Of a stretch of 64,000 bases of DNA, positions 1 through 12,000 are shown piece by piece (positions within the stretch are counted from its first letter, which is position 1; the number at the start of each line of letters is the position of its first letter). The translations under genes and the position numbers were made by a program. The notes below the pieces were generated by a model. That model worked only from the letters and a program-made list of their open reading frames with translations. It had not been told where the DNA came from and did no database searches. The DNA is from Tubiluchus corallicola (lineage: Eukaryota > Animalia > Priapulida), in contig JAQGDQ010000060.1 of assembly GCA_030141605.1 (NCBI GenBank), positions 496,001-560,000 of the forward strand, written 5' to 3'.

Positions 1-239
1 GGAACATTGGGTGACCCTCAAGGTAACTGTCTCAGCCCAGTGGCACAGAAGCATGCGTAATTATAATAATTTTTCATTCAAGTAAGGCGAGTGTGTTAAT
101 GACCGTATGGTGGTACATTCACTTTGCACTACTCAAACTATTTTATTGATTATTGATCTGTTTGACATTGTATTTTTTGATGTGTGAAAAATAAATTCAT
201 AGTTCATACTCATAGTGGTTTTCACGTTGTATTTAGCCA

Positions 240-1212
240 ATGGTGAAGCACTCCAAAACAAAGATTCACTTACAGATCATGATTGCCATACCTCCTCCGA
301 GTAAATCTTCATTTCTACATGGTCAATCACACTTATCCTGTAAGATGTCCCTAATAGACCAACAGTATGCTGACGACATTGGGTGGATTAGAGTTTCAAA
401 ATTCTGCATGGATTCCATTATAAAAGATAGATAGATAGATAATTTACCTATTGTAATACGTACAAAAAAAACAATTACATAGCAAAATAAATTGTTAGTA
501 TTAGCGAAAGGGTGGCGAAAAAACCCTAGAGTTTGGCAAATCAACAAAACCTCAATGTCAATAACATGAAAACTGAAGAATATTACATTTCAAGGGATGG
601 AGATCAACAACTCTGGAAATATTGCAAATAAGTGAGATCACTACTTAAAGCAGAAGGTAATTTATCAAACATAGGAAACTCCGGGCAAAGCATGGTTCGA
701 CCCAAAGTAAATAAATTCTTATCAGCAAGAAATTATCCCTGAAAACATGGCTGCAACTCTTCAATGTATATGTAACTAGTATCTTCAAGTTCAATAATGA
801 AATGAGGAGTTTGACTGTAATGCAGGCCAGAGAAATAGATGTATTGCCGAGATATGTTAAACATAAAATGACCATATATCATTTCAACAAAATCAAAGAG
901 CAGCTTTGGGGCACTAAAATTAAAATCAGAAGGTTTAGATGGGTAGGACATTTAATGAGATTGCCAGAAACAACACCAGTAAGATTAGCATTAAACGAGA
1001 TTAGCATTACATGCTAAACCAAAAAAAAACTTAAGAAGATATCAAGAATTAATAGGCCCTAAAGATTTACAACAGCTGAGACCAAACTTAACAGTAGCAT
1101 CACAGGAGTTGAAAATTTTATCTGTAGACAGGAAACAGTGAGGTGTTTTAATAAAGGATAGAGGCTCTATGTCTACAGTAGATGTTTAGAACAACAGAAG
1201 AAGAAAAGAAGG
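240..1212 (+). mobile_element. Degenerate non-LTR retrotransposon (RTE-like) reverse transcriptase fragment
   Basis: ORF 240-434 has the RT catalytic motif QYADD. ORF 802-1017 has the typical C-terminal RRFRWVGHLMRLPETTPVRLAL. The frames are broken and the region ends in a GAA-rich tail. A related fragment lies at 32940-33215 (-). Confidence 0.75.
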
Positions 1213-1217
1213 AGATG

Positions 1218-1437
1218 CTGCATCGGTGCTGAGAAGCCACTGGCATAGTGCCAGTGTGATACTGCATCGGTGCTGAGAAGCCACTGGCATAGTGCCGGTG
1301 TGATACTGCATTGGTGCTGAGAAGCCACTGGCATAGTGCCAGTGTGATACTGCATCGGTGCTGAGAAGCCACTGGCATAGTGCCGGTGTGATACTGCATC
1401 GGTGCTGAGAAGTCACTGGCATAGTGCCAGTGTATAC
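1218..1437. repeat. Minisatellite, 44-bp unit x5
   Basis: Unit CTGCATCGGTGCTGAGAAGCCACTGGCATAGTGCCAGTGTGATA starts at 1218, 1262, 1306, 1350 and 1394, with an internal inverted repeat CACTGGCA-TAG-TGCCAGTG. Confidence 0.95.
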
Positions 1438-2166
1438 TGTTTGCAGAACTTATTGCAGCTTTTGCCTATTTCAGGGCTTATTTCTTTTATTTAAGAATTC
1501 AGCCTGCCCAGTGTTTGCAGTAAATGAAAAGAGCATTCAATAATGATATTTTTGTACCTTCAAGAATAGGTCTAAAAATATAAAACTAAGGAATTTTCAT
1601 TAATGAATTCATCCTTTTGCCGGGAAAGGGAGGAAATATTAGGTTGTTGGTGTTGCTTACTAAAATAACCCAACAAGAAAGGTCTTTCTGTCAGTGCTAA
1701 GCTTTCAAAATAAAACATGCGTTACACCGCAATTTTGCACCTTCCCTGATTTCTATCAGTTGCATGCACTTGTTTGATCGGTGCAAAAATAGTGAGGATT
1801 CTCGTGTGATTCGTTTTATTAATCTGCTGAAGCCACTAAATTACAAAATTTCTTAAACAGGTATCCAAATTATTATTAGCCATTAGACATACCAATTTAC
1901 TAAATTACCAAAATTTATAATTATTCACTTCACTCCTCAATTATGCAGATTCATACCATAGAGTAATAACCTTAATAAAGCTAAAAGTTACTACTATTAT
2001 AGAAATTTGTATGGAGTAGCAGATTTTGCAGAGTTAGCATGCTAATAGCAAATATTAGAATTGTGATTATTAATGTATTTGATCGGAATGAAGTCTGTGT
2101 CTAGCAGCACTAGAGGTGACTGCTTAGTTTATTTCCTTGTGGTACATGTGCATTCATGGAGTATCA

Positions 2167-2653
2167 CAGGGGTGTGCAAATTATCTGACTAGCCGGGCGG
2201 GCCACATTAAACTTTCCCGCAATTCCTGCGGGCCACAAGCAGTTTGATCAAGGAGCCAAGTACAGAAAGGCCTAATAACGATTTTTTTTGCATTCGACCT
2301 GCGTACATCATTACTACTACACTCAAGAAACTATTTTAGAAGTTATTAAAATTTATATTACAAACCATATATTTCTACTTTCAGGACAGATAGTGGTAAT
2401 TTCATTACAATGCATATTAGTAATGTGTATCACACAGTCTGTGTAGTACAGTGACATTAAGCTACAACCGTCTTGTAAGGGTTAATGGCATCCGATCTAG
2501 TAGAAAAAACTACCCGCACTATCTTTGGGATCGTGGCATGGACTTCAGCTGGATACACTCAATTAATCGCCTGGGCCGCACTTTCATTAGATTGACAAAT
2601 CTCTTCGCAGGCCGCACAAATTCTCTTGGCGGGCCGCAATTTGCACACCCCTG
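2167..2653. mobile_element. hAT-type MITE
   Basis: TIRs CAGGGGTGTGCAAATT...AATTTGCACACCCCTG with an exact 8-bp TSD GAGTATCA. A near-identical inverted copy lies at 51246-51728. Confidence 0.9.
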
Positions 2654-2898
2654 GAGTATCATATCAACATTATGTTTAATTTTTTACAATCTTAATTATG
2701 TAATTTACTTACAATTTTTGAATTGTTGGAGCCAAACTTTGACAAAAGTTTTATTTGATTATTAGCTATCTTAGCTGTTTTTGACATTGTTGTAATGCAA
2801 AACATGAAAATTTGGTGCCTTGAACATTATTTTGTATAATTATTTGCATATAAATCTGATGTGTCAAATTTTCTGTAAATTTTATTCTTAGTTTAATA

Positions 2899-3072
2899 AT
2901 GGCCTCTCCTGTTGAAAGTGGAGAGCAGATGTGTCGTCAGTACGTACACGAAGTGAGGAGTTTCAGCTCACAATATGGCAGTGAGAGAAGCTTGTCGTAC
3001 ACAGCTGTCAACCTTGCCGGGGTGTCAAACATCTATCCAACCTACGGTGACTTTACACAAGCCTATGCACCT
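2899..3072 (+). CDS. FBXL4: FBXL4 coding exon 1 (acceptor AG 2890-2891)
   Basis: [58 protein letters not shown], followed by GTAAGT. Confidence 0.9.
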
Positions 3073-6000
3073 GTAAGTAACAATTTTCATCACGTAATAA
3101 TAAGGTAAAAGGTTAAGTGCACCATAGCAACGTCTCTTAACTACAACCGTCATGTAATGTGTGGCAAAAGCAAAATTCTCTCCCGCATTAGTTCAGTAGT
3201 GTCAATTGTTTTACATGGACTTTACTTATTATGCATCAGTTTGTGAGTGATTTACTGGTAGGATTTTGCTTGGGAACAAGAAAAAATGAATTAGGTAAGG
3301 TTCTAACTAGCTTTTGAAAATGTTACTAGTACACTAGCATGGACTGCGAGGCATTGTCAAGTGTACACAAATGCATTGTCTGGTACACTTAACCTTTGAC
3401 CTTTTGACAATCATCGTCAATCGCTGGAACTGTGAAAAGCTTTATTACTATTTGCCTCAAAAGTTTCTAACTTAATGAGAAAGCTAAGAAAAAAATAACA
3501 TTACTTTAAAAGCAAATTTTGCATAAAATGGTTTATTGTATATACTGTTCAGAGAACGTATGGCACTTGGTGGTCAAATTCTCCATGTGGAGCCCAGCCA
3601 TTTGGACACCCTGTATGTGATACACCTGCACTAGACTTTATAGGTAAGTGTTAGTAATTAGTATGTACATGAGCATACTGTATAGGCATACATGAAATTG
3701 TACACACAACAACAACATAATGACAGCATCTTTGTGCTCACATCTGAAATTAACTTTACTCCGGAGGAAACAAACAGATGGGTGGTGGACTGATGACCAA
3801 GAGAACTAGTTTTAGGCGGTTCTGTCTGCTTGATTTGTAAATACTGGGCGCTCCCGTTTTGAGCACTGAAATAGGTGGCAAACAAACATATAATAAGCAG
3901 ACCTACTTTCTACCTTCAGTCTTTAGCTTTGGTTTGTAGGCCAGCTTTTGGTATTTATATCACAGGTTTATGCTTAATTGACGTCTAACATAATGTCAAT
4001 CATTTTCGTTGACTGCCCAATCAGCATGCAAGTTATTTCACACACCCCCGCAGCAGGTACGTTCGGGACATTTAGCTACAGCTCCGTCTAACACTGTCAT
4101 GAAACATGCTCAACTTTTCATTAGTTAGCGGGAGGAATATTGGCCTGGCTCTAGATAAAAATGGAAAAATACAAAACCTGAATAAATCTTGCAAACGAGA
4201 ACATAATCATTTAATATAGAAAAATACATCGCTGACTTGATGTTCATATGTTTAAAGGCAAGAGAGACTTAATATTTATGTTGCTCATTTATTGTAAAGC
4301 AAAGCTAACTGGCTTAGTTTCTTTATCATACTTATGTCTCTGTATTTTGTAGTGGTTTGAAACTTCGTCTCTACATTCTGTTTAAACTGAAAAGTCATTT
4401 TTTGGCTACTTGAAGTGTTAACTTCGTTTAAAAATAGCTACTGCTCTGCAAATTTGTGTTTATGAAAAAGAGCAATCAGTTTATCTGCTGATTAGACATT
4501 AGTTCTGACTGTCGTGATGTTTTGTTTAGTTAAGTTTATCTTAGACAGTTGTTCTGCGTGAGCTGTTGTCCCGAATGCTGCTGAGCGTGCTTATGTTGCA
4601 GCGGGTGCGGAGCAATAGACCAATATGTTTGACGTCAATTATACATCAGGTAATGTTCATAGTTTGGCTGTTCATAACTCCCCATGAAAAACACTTTCAT
4701 TGACTTTCAGTATTTCAGTATTTAGCAAGCCTAAGAATCGCCTGCCATCTCAAACCTCAAGGACGAACCTTTGCTTTCCACGGAACTCCTGAAAATGACC
4801 AAACTAATCATAATCAATATTGGCACTGGACCCACTGTCAACAGCGCAGCTAACTATCTAATTCACAGTGTGCCAAGTTGCATGTAAAGTAATAGCAAGC
4901 AAGCTTATTTATGATATTGTTGTGTTTTGTTTACTTCGGAAGTCTCGGTAGAGAAAACCAGAAAACACGTCATCAAATGAAACCAGTTTATTATGCGAGA
5001 ATTCTACAACACAAAAGTATGAAGAAACGCGAAATGTTTACAGTAAATATGATAATCTGGAAACTTGAAAACGAGAAAGCATATATGAGAATCTGAGAAT
5101 ATGAGGTTACAAGAGAATAAACTCCAGCGGCCAGCTCCGCCTTATATATCAGTGCAAAGGAACAACAATCTAGAAATAGAAAGTTCTCGAAACTTCTATA
5201 AGGTAAGAAGATTGTTCTACTATTCCAGATCTCCACAACAGATATTGTATCTCAGAAATTGCTAAACTGGCAGTAAAGTCACCAGATTTTAGGAATAAAC
5301 GACCATTTGTGATGTGACAGCTCCAATAGTAATTAAGCGGCTACAGTAGATTATGAGGTTGAATATTAAATACCAGGTAGTGCTGGTGATTTTATAGGTA
5401 GAAATTGGAAAAATTGAGCACAAAAACCACAAATTCAGTTAGTAAGCACTTTGTTGAGAATGTACGTCTGCGAAATTCTATTGTTTACTTGCTCAATGTG
5501 CTCATGGCTGTTTTGGCCTTTCTGTTATAGACTTATGGTTCAAAACTGCTGTGATACCTTATAAGATAGAGATAATGGAGACATTTAATCCTGGCAGCAT
5601 GCTGAGAATTCGGGCTACTCATTTGCTTAGCAATGGGGCAAAATGTAGTAGGTAATTCTCGCTTTCGTTAGTAGATTACTTTCAAAATATATAGATAGAC
5701 CTGCAAAATTTCAGCATATAAAATTAATGATCACTTTCATTGCATTTTCATCGTTATCACCTCATCGTCTTCTTTCCTTTTTTTTAATTTTTAGCTTTTT
5801 TTCTTCTGTTCTGCTTACATTAGTTACTTACACCCTAATTTTACCTTCATGTCGTCTCTTTTCATTGCACATCTCTTTTATTCTGCCCCTAACACTTAAC
5901 AACACACTGTTCACTTGATAAGTAATTGTAGTACTTTTGTTTTCAGTTCGTGTAATGTTTAATAAACAAGTTCAACAAACAACGACTTTATTTTGTTTGT

Positions 6001-9000
6001 TTTAATTAAAGTTTAATAAACAGATGCATTGCATTAGTGTTTATGCTAGTGTGTCGAAAATAGAAAAATCTTGATGCATTTTGGCTGTGTTGTTTCGAAT
6101 TTTTTCAGAATTTTAAATTAATTAATAATTTTTCAGTAAATTTTTCAGACGAAAAATTATCATAGTCCGTGCTTATAAAGGAAAACAGTTTTCGTACAAA
6201 TACACATACATTTCTTAAATTGGAAGATGAGACTAGTTTATCAAATGCGTAATGGCCGACCAATTAATGTTTATGAGAAGCTATGAGCAATGTTTAGGTT
6301 GTGCTGTAATTGCTGTATATATATGATGGAAAAATTTTTAACTGGGGTACTAGTAGAAGCGGGCTTGCTGAATTTTGTAATTGTTTACCGCCCACGTTCA
6401 CTCTGGAATGTGCTCCCTATATACTCCCGTGCAGCTATTTGACTTTTAAGAGAGATTATTTAATTGCATTCATAAAAAAATTATGCCAGACTTTGTAGTG
6501 CCATTGACCTAGCCAACTCTTTTGTACAGTTAGTCATATTATTTGTCAGCATATTGTGGTAAACAAGACAGCGAGCGGGAGGGAGGGGAGAGGAGAAAGA
6601 AACAGGGAGACTTCAGACATGTTGCTCAATGGCAGAGATGCTCTCCGTATTAAACCTCACTTACTTTCAATTTTTGGTGTAAATTTGACCCGAAAACGAA
6701 AGGACAATAAGCCATATAAGTCATAAAATATATTTAAAATTGGAGCACTGACGTCTGTGATGATTGTCCTACGTAAGGGAAGGGCATAAAACACTAACTG
6801 GTTATTACTACTAATCGGTTTCCGACTTCTTACACAATGAATTGTAATACCTAAGGGTATAAATCACAAACTGTTTTGATTACTAATTTGTGTTCCGACT
6901 TCTTACTAGGTCAATTGTCCTACCTAAGGGTTAAAAGGTAAAAATCACTAACCGTTTAACTGATAGCTGAAAACCTAGCACGTATGATCTTTTATGTTAG
7001 TTTAATACCTATGACATTAGTGAAGTGAGTAAAAGTAGTAATGATGCGATTTGCGTGCGTGCATGTTGTTGCCATTATCATTATTATTGTATTTTTGGCA
7101 AATGAAAGCGTTAATGGAGGAAAACGTTTTCAAAAATCTAAAGCAGCCGAAAAAGGATACGGCGGTCTACCATCTTTGAGGGGTAAAAAAGTGCGAAGTA
7201 GATACGATTATCAACCACAGATAAAGAAACATAATCAGAAGAAAAACACACATGTTTCGGACATAGAAACAATAAAAAACGCGCAGCTAGATTGCTTTGA
7301 TGTCGAAGATGTTGAGAAGAAAGTTAACTTCCCAGACCTGAGTGATACCGATTATATAAAGCTAGATAACGTCATAAACAGACATCTGACCGCTTTCACA
7401 GTTGGATTGTGGGTTTACTTGCCATCATCTACTCTAGATGAAGCGGAAACCGTTTCTTTCCTTTCGTACGCACTGCCATCTACACCTGAAGATAATCTTG
7501 ATGATGCGTTTTGGCTCGGATCAACGGCAAATTTGACGTCTGTAGGAATCTATGTTAACGGCGGTGGATTAAGTAATAACACGCTTGCTATGGACGCGAA
7601 TATATTTGATGATGACTGGCATTACATTACGGCATGTTACGACAGTCGGGATGGCAGCTGGGCAATCAGTATTGACGGTGGTGAGCACGAGGCTGAAGGT
7701 ACTGTGGATCCCAGTCCCGGAAAGCTAAAGGGAGGTGGCGCACTAGTGTTTGGACAGGACCAAGACACTGTGGGCGGTGGATTTGATGCCTCGCAAAGCT
7801 TTAAAGGAATGGTTACAGACATTTGGATGTCTTCAAGAAAGCTGACTGATGATGAACTAAATTCACCATTAACTTGCAAGCATACGGGTGACTTATTCAC
7901 ATGGGGTGACTATCGCATGTCTCTTGTTGGTAACGACTTGCAAGAAGTAGAATCCACGTGTCCATTCTTGGAAGATGCAACAATCAGGAGAGTCTGTTCT
8001 CTTCCTCAGCACACGTTCGAAACTCTTATTGATTTAGTTATAAAATCAGCACCAAAAACACGTAAAAATGTTCACAAGAAAAAGATAAATCACGACAAAT
8101 TTTACTAAATCTTATTCTTACTGGGTAACAGTAATGATTTTACGTATTTAAATATTGTTAGTTTTATGTTAACAATGTATTGCACAGTTACTGGTTCACT
8201 TTTTTATTTGTATAATATAGGCCTAATACTTTATATTATCTTGGTTGATTTGCGTGCTCAATTTTTATATTATAATATAATCATCAAAAGCTAAGCCAAG
8301 ATCCAAGCCAACAACATGTAGCTTATTTGGGCAACAATAGTGATTTTATATATTAAAATTTTATGTTAACAGTATATTACCTAATTGTTGGTTCACTTTT
8401 TTGTCTATGATATAGGTCTGTATTATTTTGTCCCATCTTGATTGATCTTGACTTATATTATATCAAAATGCAAAATGAATGTTATAAAAAAATAACAACC
8501 ACTGACAAAATAGAGCAGTATTTTTGTCTATAAGTAACTGAATTTAAATACTGTATTTTACTAATGTTCACCTTTTAGCAACGATTCTAGTTTTCCTCAT
8601 TTAGATTACCTGTAAATATGCTTTGCGCTAATATCGAATGGATTTTTTTGCTTTGATAATGTAAATTAATTTTTAAAGGTCTCACTATAAACGTTGTTTT
8701 TTTTAAAGAAAAAGGGACGCCTCCCCAGAAGTTAAGTTCATTAGGTCTGCGAAAAATCTCAAAAAGATTCGGCAGTAAAAGCATAAGTGATAGGGGCCTT
8801 CATAATTAGCAAATTAGTCACGATAATTTTCAAGGTCATTTCACGATCATTTTGAACTTTCTTTCTTAGCCTTTTTATTCAAATGAAAAAGAGATACAGC
8901 GCGATGTCATGGGAATTCCACTTGGTGCACTGCAAGGAAAATTCTTGCGTAATTTTTACGGTCTTTCTAAATTTTCTTCAATTTCTAAACAAACACTTTA

Positions 9001-12000
9001 AAGATAGTAAACAATTAACAATTGATGATCTTGTTATGTACAATATTGCGGTATTTATGCACAAAATCCACTCTAAATTGTTTCTGCAATTTTTCATAAA
9101 TCCGGTAAACAAAAATATCAAACATCAGAATACTAGGTATAATGAATATATTATGTCAGATATTGCAGAACCGACGTTGCTAAACATTTTATTTCTTTTG
9201 TAGGACATAAAGTTTGTAATTCTATTTCTTGTAATATCATAACGGTATCATGTCAACCTAAATTTAAGAAGGAGATGAAAATGTATCTTTTAGATACGTA
9301 TTACATGGATTTGGTGTTCAACTTTTGTTGCCAAATTGTGTTCACCGCGTTGGTTGCCACTCACAGTCCATCCCTGTATACATAAACGACTTATCAAGCC
9401 ATTTCATTGCATTTTCATCAATATCATCTCATCGTCTTTTTTAAATTTTTAGCTTTTTTTCTTCTCTTCTACTTACATTACTTACTTACACCCTAATTTT
9501 ACCATCATGTCATCTCTTTGCATTGCGCATTTTTATATCCTGTCCCTAACACCTAACCTAACAACACACCATGTATTACAGTTGGACTTTCCAAGTTCCA
9601 GCTTTTAGCTCAGCTGCAAGCAGTTACATCGTTTGTTCACTAATTTATTGCTTACTAGATAAGTAATTGTAGTAATTTCGTTTTTAGTTTGTGTAATTGT
9701 ATATAGTATGTCTGATTATGTAATTGTAATGGCTAGTAAACAAATAAAATCATGTGTAATCATTTGCATGTCTAAATAAATGACAGAAATATCCGAAACG
9801 TCTGAGTATTTAATTACTAAAAGACCTTAGTATTTACTGTTCATTGCCGCACGACATTCGTGCGAGTATATTGCGATCAAATCACGACAATTTCTGGGAA
9901 TTTTTACAGAAAGAAGTGCAGGACAAGCAAGGTTCGCCAAAATGTCGCAAAGTGGTCGAAGAATAGTTGCAAAGTTGTTCCAGCATTCTGAAAATTGTTG
10001 CAAAATGTTTGTCAATTCATCAAAAGAGTTGTTGCGGACTGTGAAATGGGTTGACGAACATCATGAATAATTTGCAAACGTTTGGTGTGACAACTTTATG
10101 ACAGTTTTTCGGCTCCGGCGACAAGTTTTAAAGATTTTAAAAATGCCGATGACCTTTTTGCGACTATGGCGAGCACTCACAATTGTTTTGCGACTGTTTG
10201 GCGAATTTTTGATGCATGTGGTCGGCTGTTGGATTTAGAAATTTTCAGATTGTGAAGTCGTGAAGCCCGTGGCAGTCTGGCTTTATTCACTAGCAAAACA
10301 AAAGAGCATCTAGCAATGAAAACCTTTTATTCCTTCTTTTGTTCGCCTCCACATTTTGTCATACATTTTCAAGATAACCGAGTCTTTGCAAATCGAACAT
10401 GTACTTATTTTAATTGTATGAGAAAGATCTCCTACTGTAGCTTTCGATCCTAGAAATGAGGTGCATTGCTAAAATTTCTTTGTCTACTTCCGAAAAAATT
10501 TTGGTTACTTCGTATGTGGTACTTGGCATCTTGGACGCCTGCTGTTGATGTTGCATGAATGTGTCTCTAGAACTGCTAGGAAATTGTAGACAAGAGTCCA
10601 AAGTCGGAGATAAGAAAGTTGGTAAACCGTGTATATTAATTACTCTCTTGACTGTGTTTATAATATAATTGTTGTTGTTGTTGGCATCCTTCTGTCCCGG
10701 AAGATAATGGAGTGTGTGCCAAGAGAGTCCGATCCTTGAACGTCTCCAGGGCACACGCCTGGGCAAGGTGTATGGAGATCCTGAGTTGCCCAGACAGGAA
10801 CCCCCTCTCTTCCTCGCTGGTGTACCAAAGGAAAGCAGAGTGATACGTTTGGCACCAGGTTGGCTGCAGGAGCTACCGGAGTCAGTGAGCATGCTGCACT
10901 GGTCCGCTTTCGGAGCTCCACTCCTGATTTGGAAGGTTTAGTCCTCTTCACATGGCCGTTGGGTCACTTGACCTCCTCCGCCCTCTAGCCGTTTATAATA
11001 TACAAAGTGAATATGTGAGACGGTATGGGACGGTAACCTGAGCTGTGATAGTTCGCTCAAGGTCAAAGGTTTTTGTGGACCAAAAAAGTAGACCATGTGC
11101 AACAACCTATTGGGAGTTAACACATCCAGTACCATCTTTATACTGAAGTTGTTTGTTACCCTTCCATATTATTTTATATAAAAACTGTTTGGATTTCTTA
11201 TGATTAATTTTATAATTTTTTTTTCAATCCATTGACTTTTCGAGTGAAAATTGAGGAATCTAATTTGTGTACACTTGTTTGACTGTTTTCTGATCTATAG
11301 CAAAATCAAGATACCTCGTTATAATGATAAACTTGCTATTACACTATCTTCTTCCCAAAGTAGATGGTGTGAAGACGTTTCATTGCAATATTGAATTTCT
11401 TGTAATGATTTTGATAAGATTTTTTCTAAAATGGGGCATGTTTTGACTTAACTAAAAAAAGTTACATTACATTGAAATGATAATGATGTAGGTATTAATT
11501 TTGTTTGCACAACCTTGTGTTGAGTGAACACAATCATGTCTTTTATTTACATATTAGTTGCAGGTGGGTGGAATTGTGGCACGGCACACCTGAACTTGCA
11601 CCTGCGGAATCGCGTATTTTCTCCCCGGATTTGAATCCGATTGCCCAGCCTACAAAGTGAGTATTTGTTAGCGAACGTGTGTCTCTTATTTTGGCGAAGT
11701 TTCTGTAATTGTTATGTTTGGTAGTGACTGACAAGCAAAAATTTCCTTTACGTTTTTTTTATATTAATCAAAATCATTTGTAGGTTTGCTGACATTTTAG
11801 GGGTGTTTTTACTTCCATTTTGTGCTACATTTTGCTGCAAAAAATGATTTTGTCTGTGTGGTTAACAAATACTATGTCATTCTGCAATCTACGTATTATG
11901 GTATCCAGCACTCTACGTCTGGGTGTAATATCTTGATAATTACAGCAGTACAGATCTGTCAATAGTAGCTGTACCAGTAGCTGTCAATTTTTCTTAATGT

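Noticed and set aside
10410-10951. ORFs of 160, 97 and 75 aa
   Set aside because: They overlap the GC-rich retroposon and show no protein motifs.
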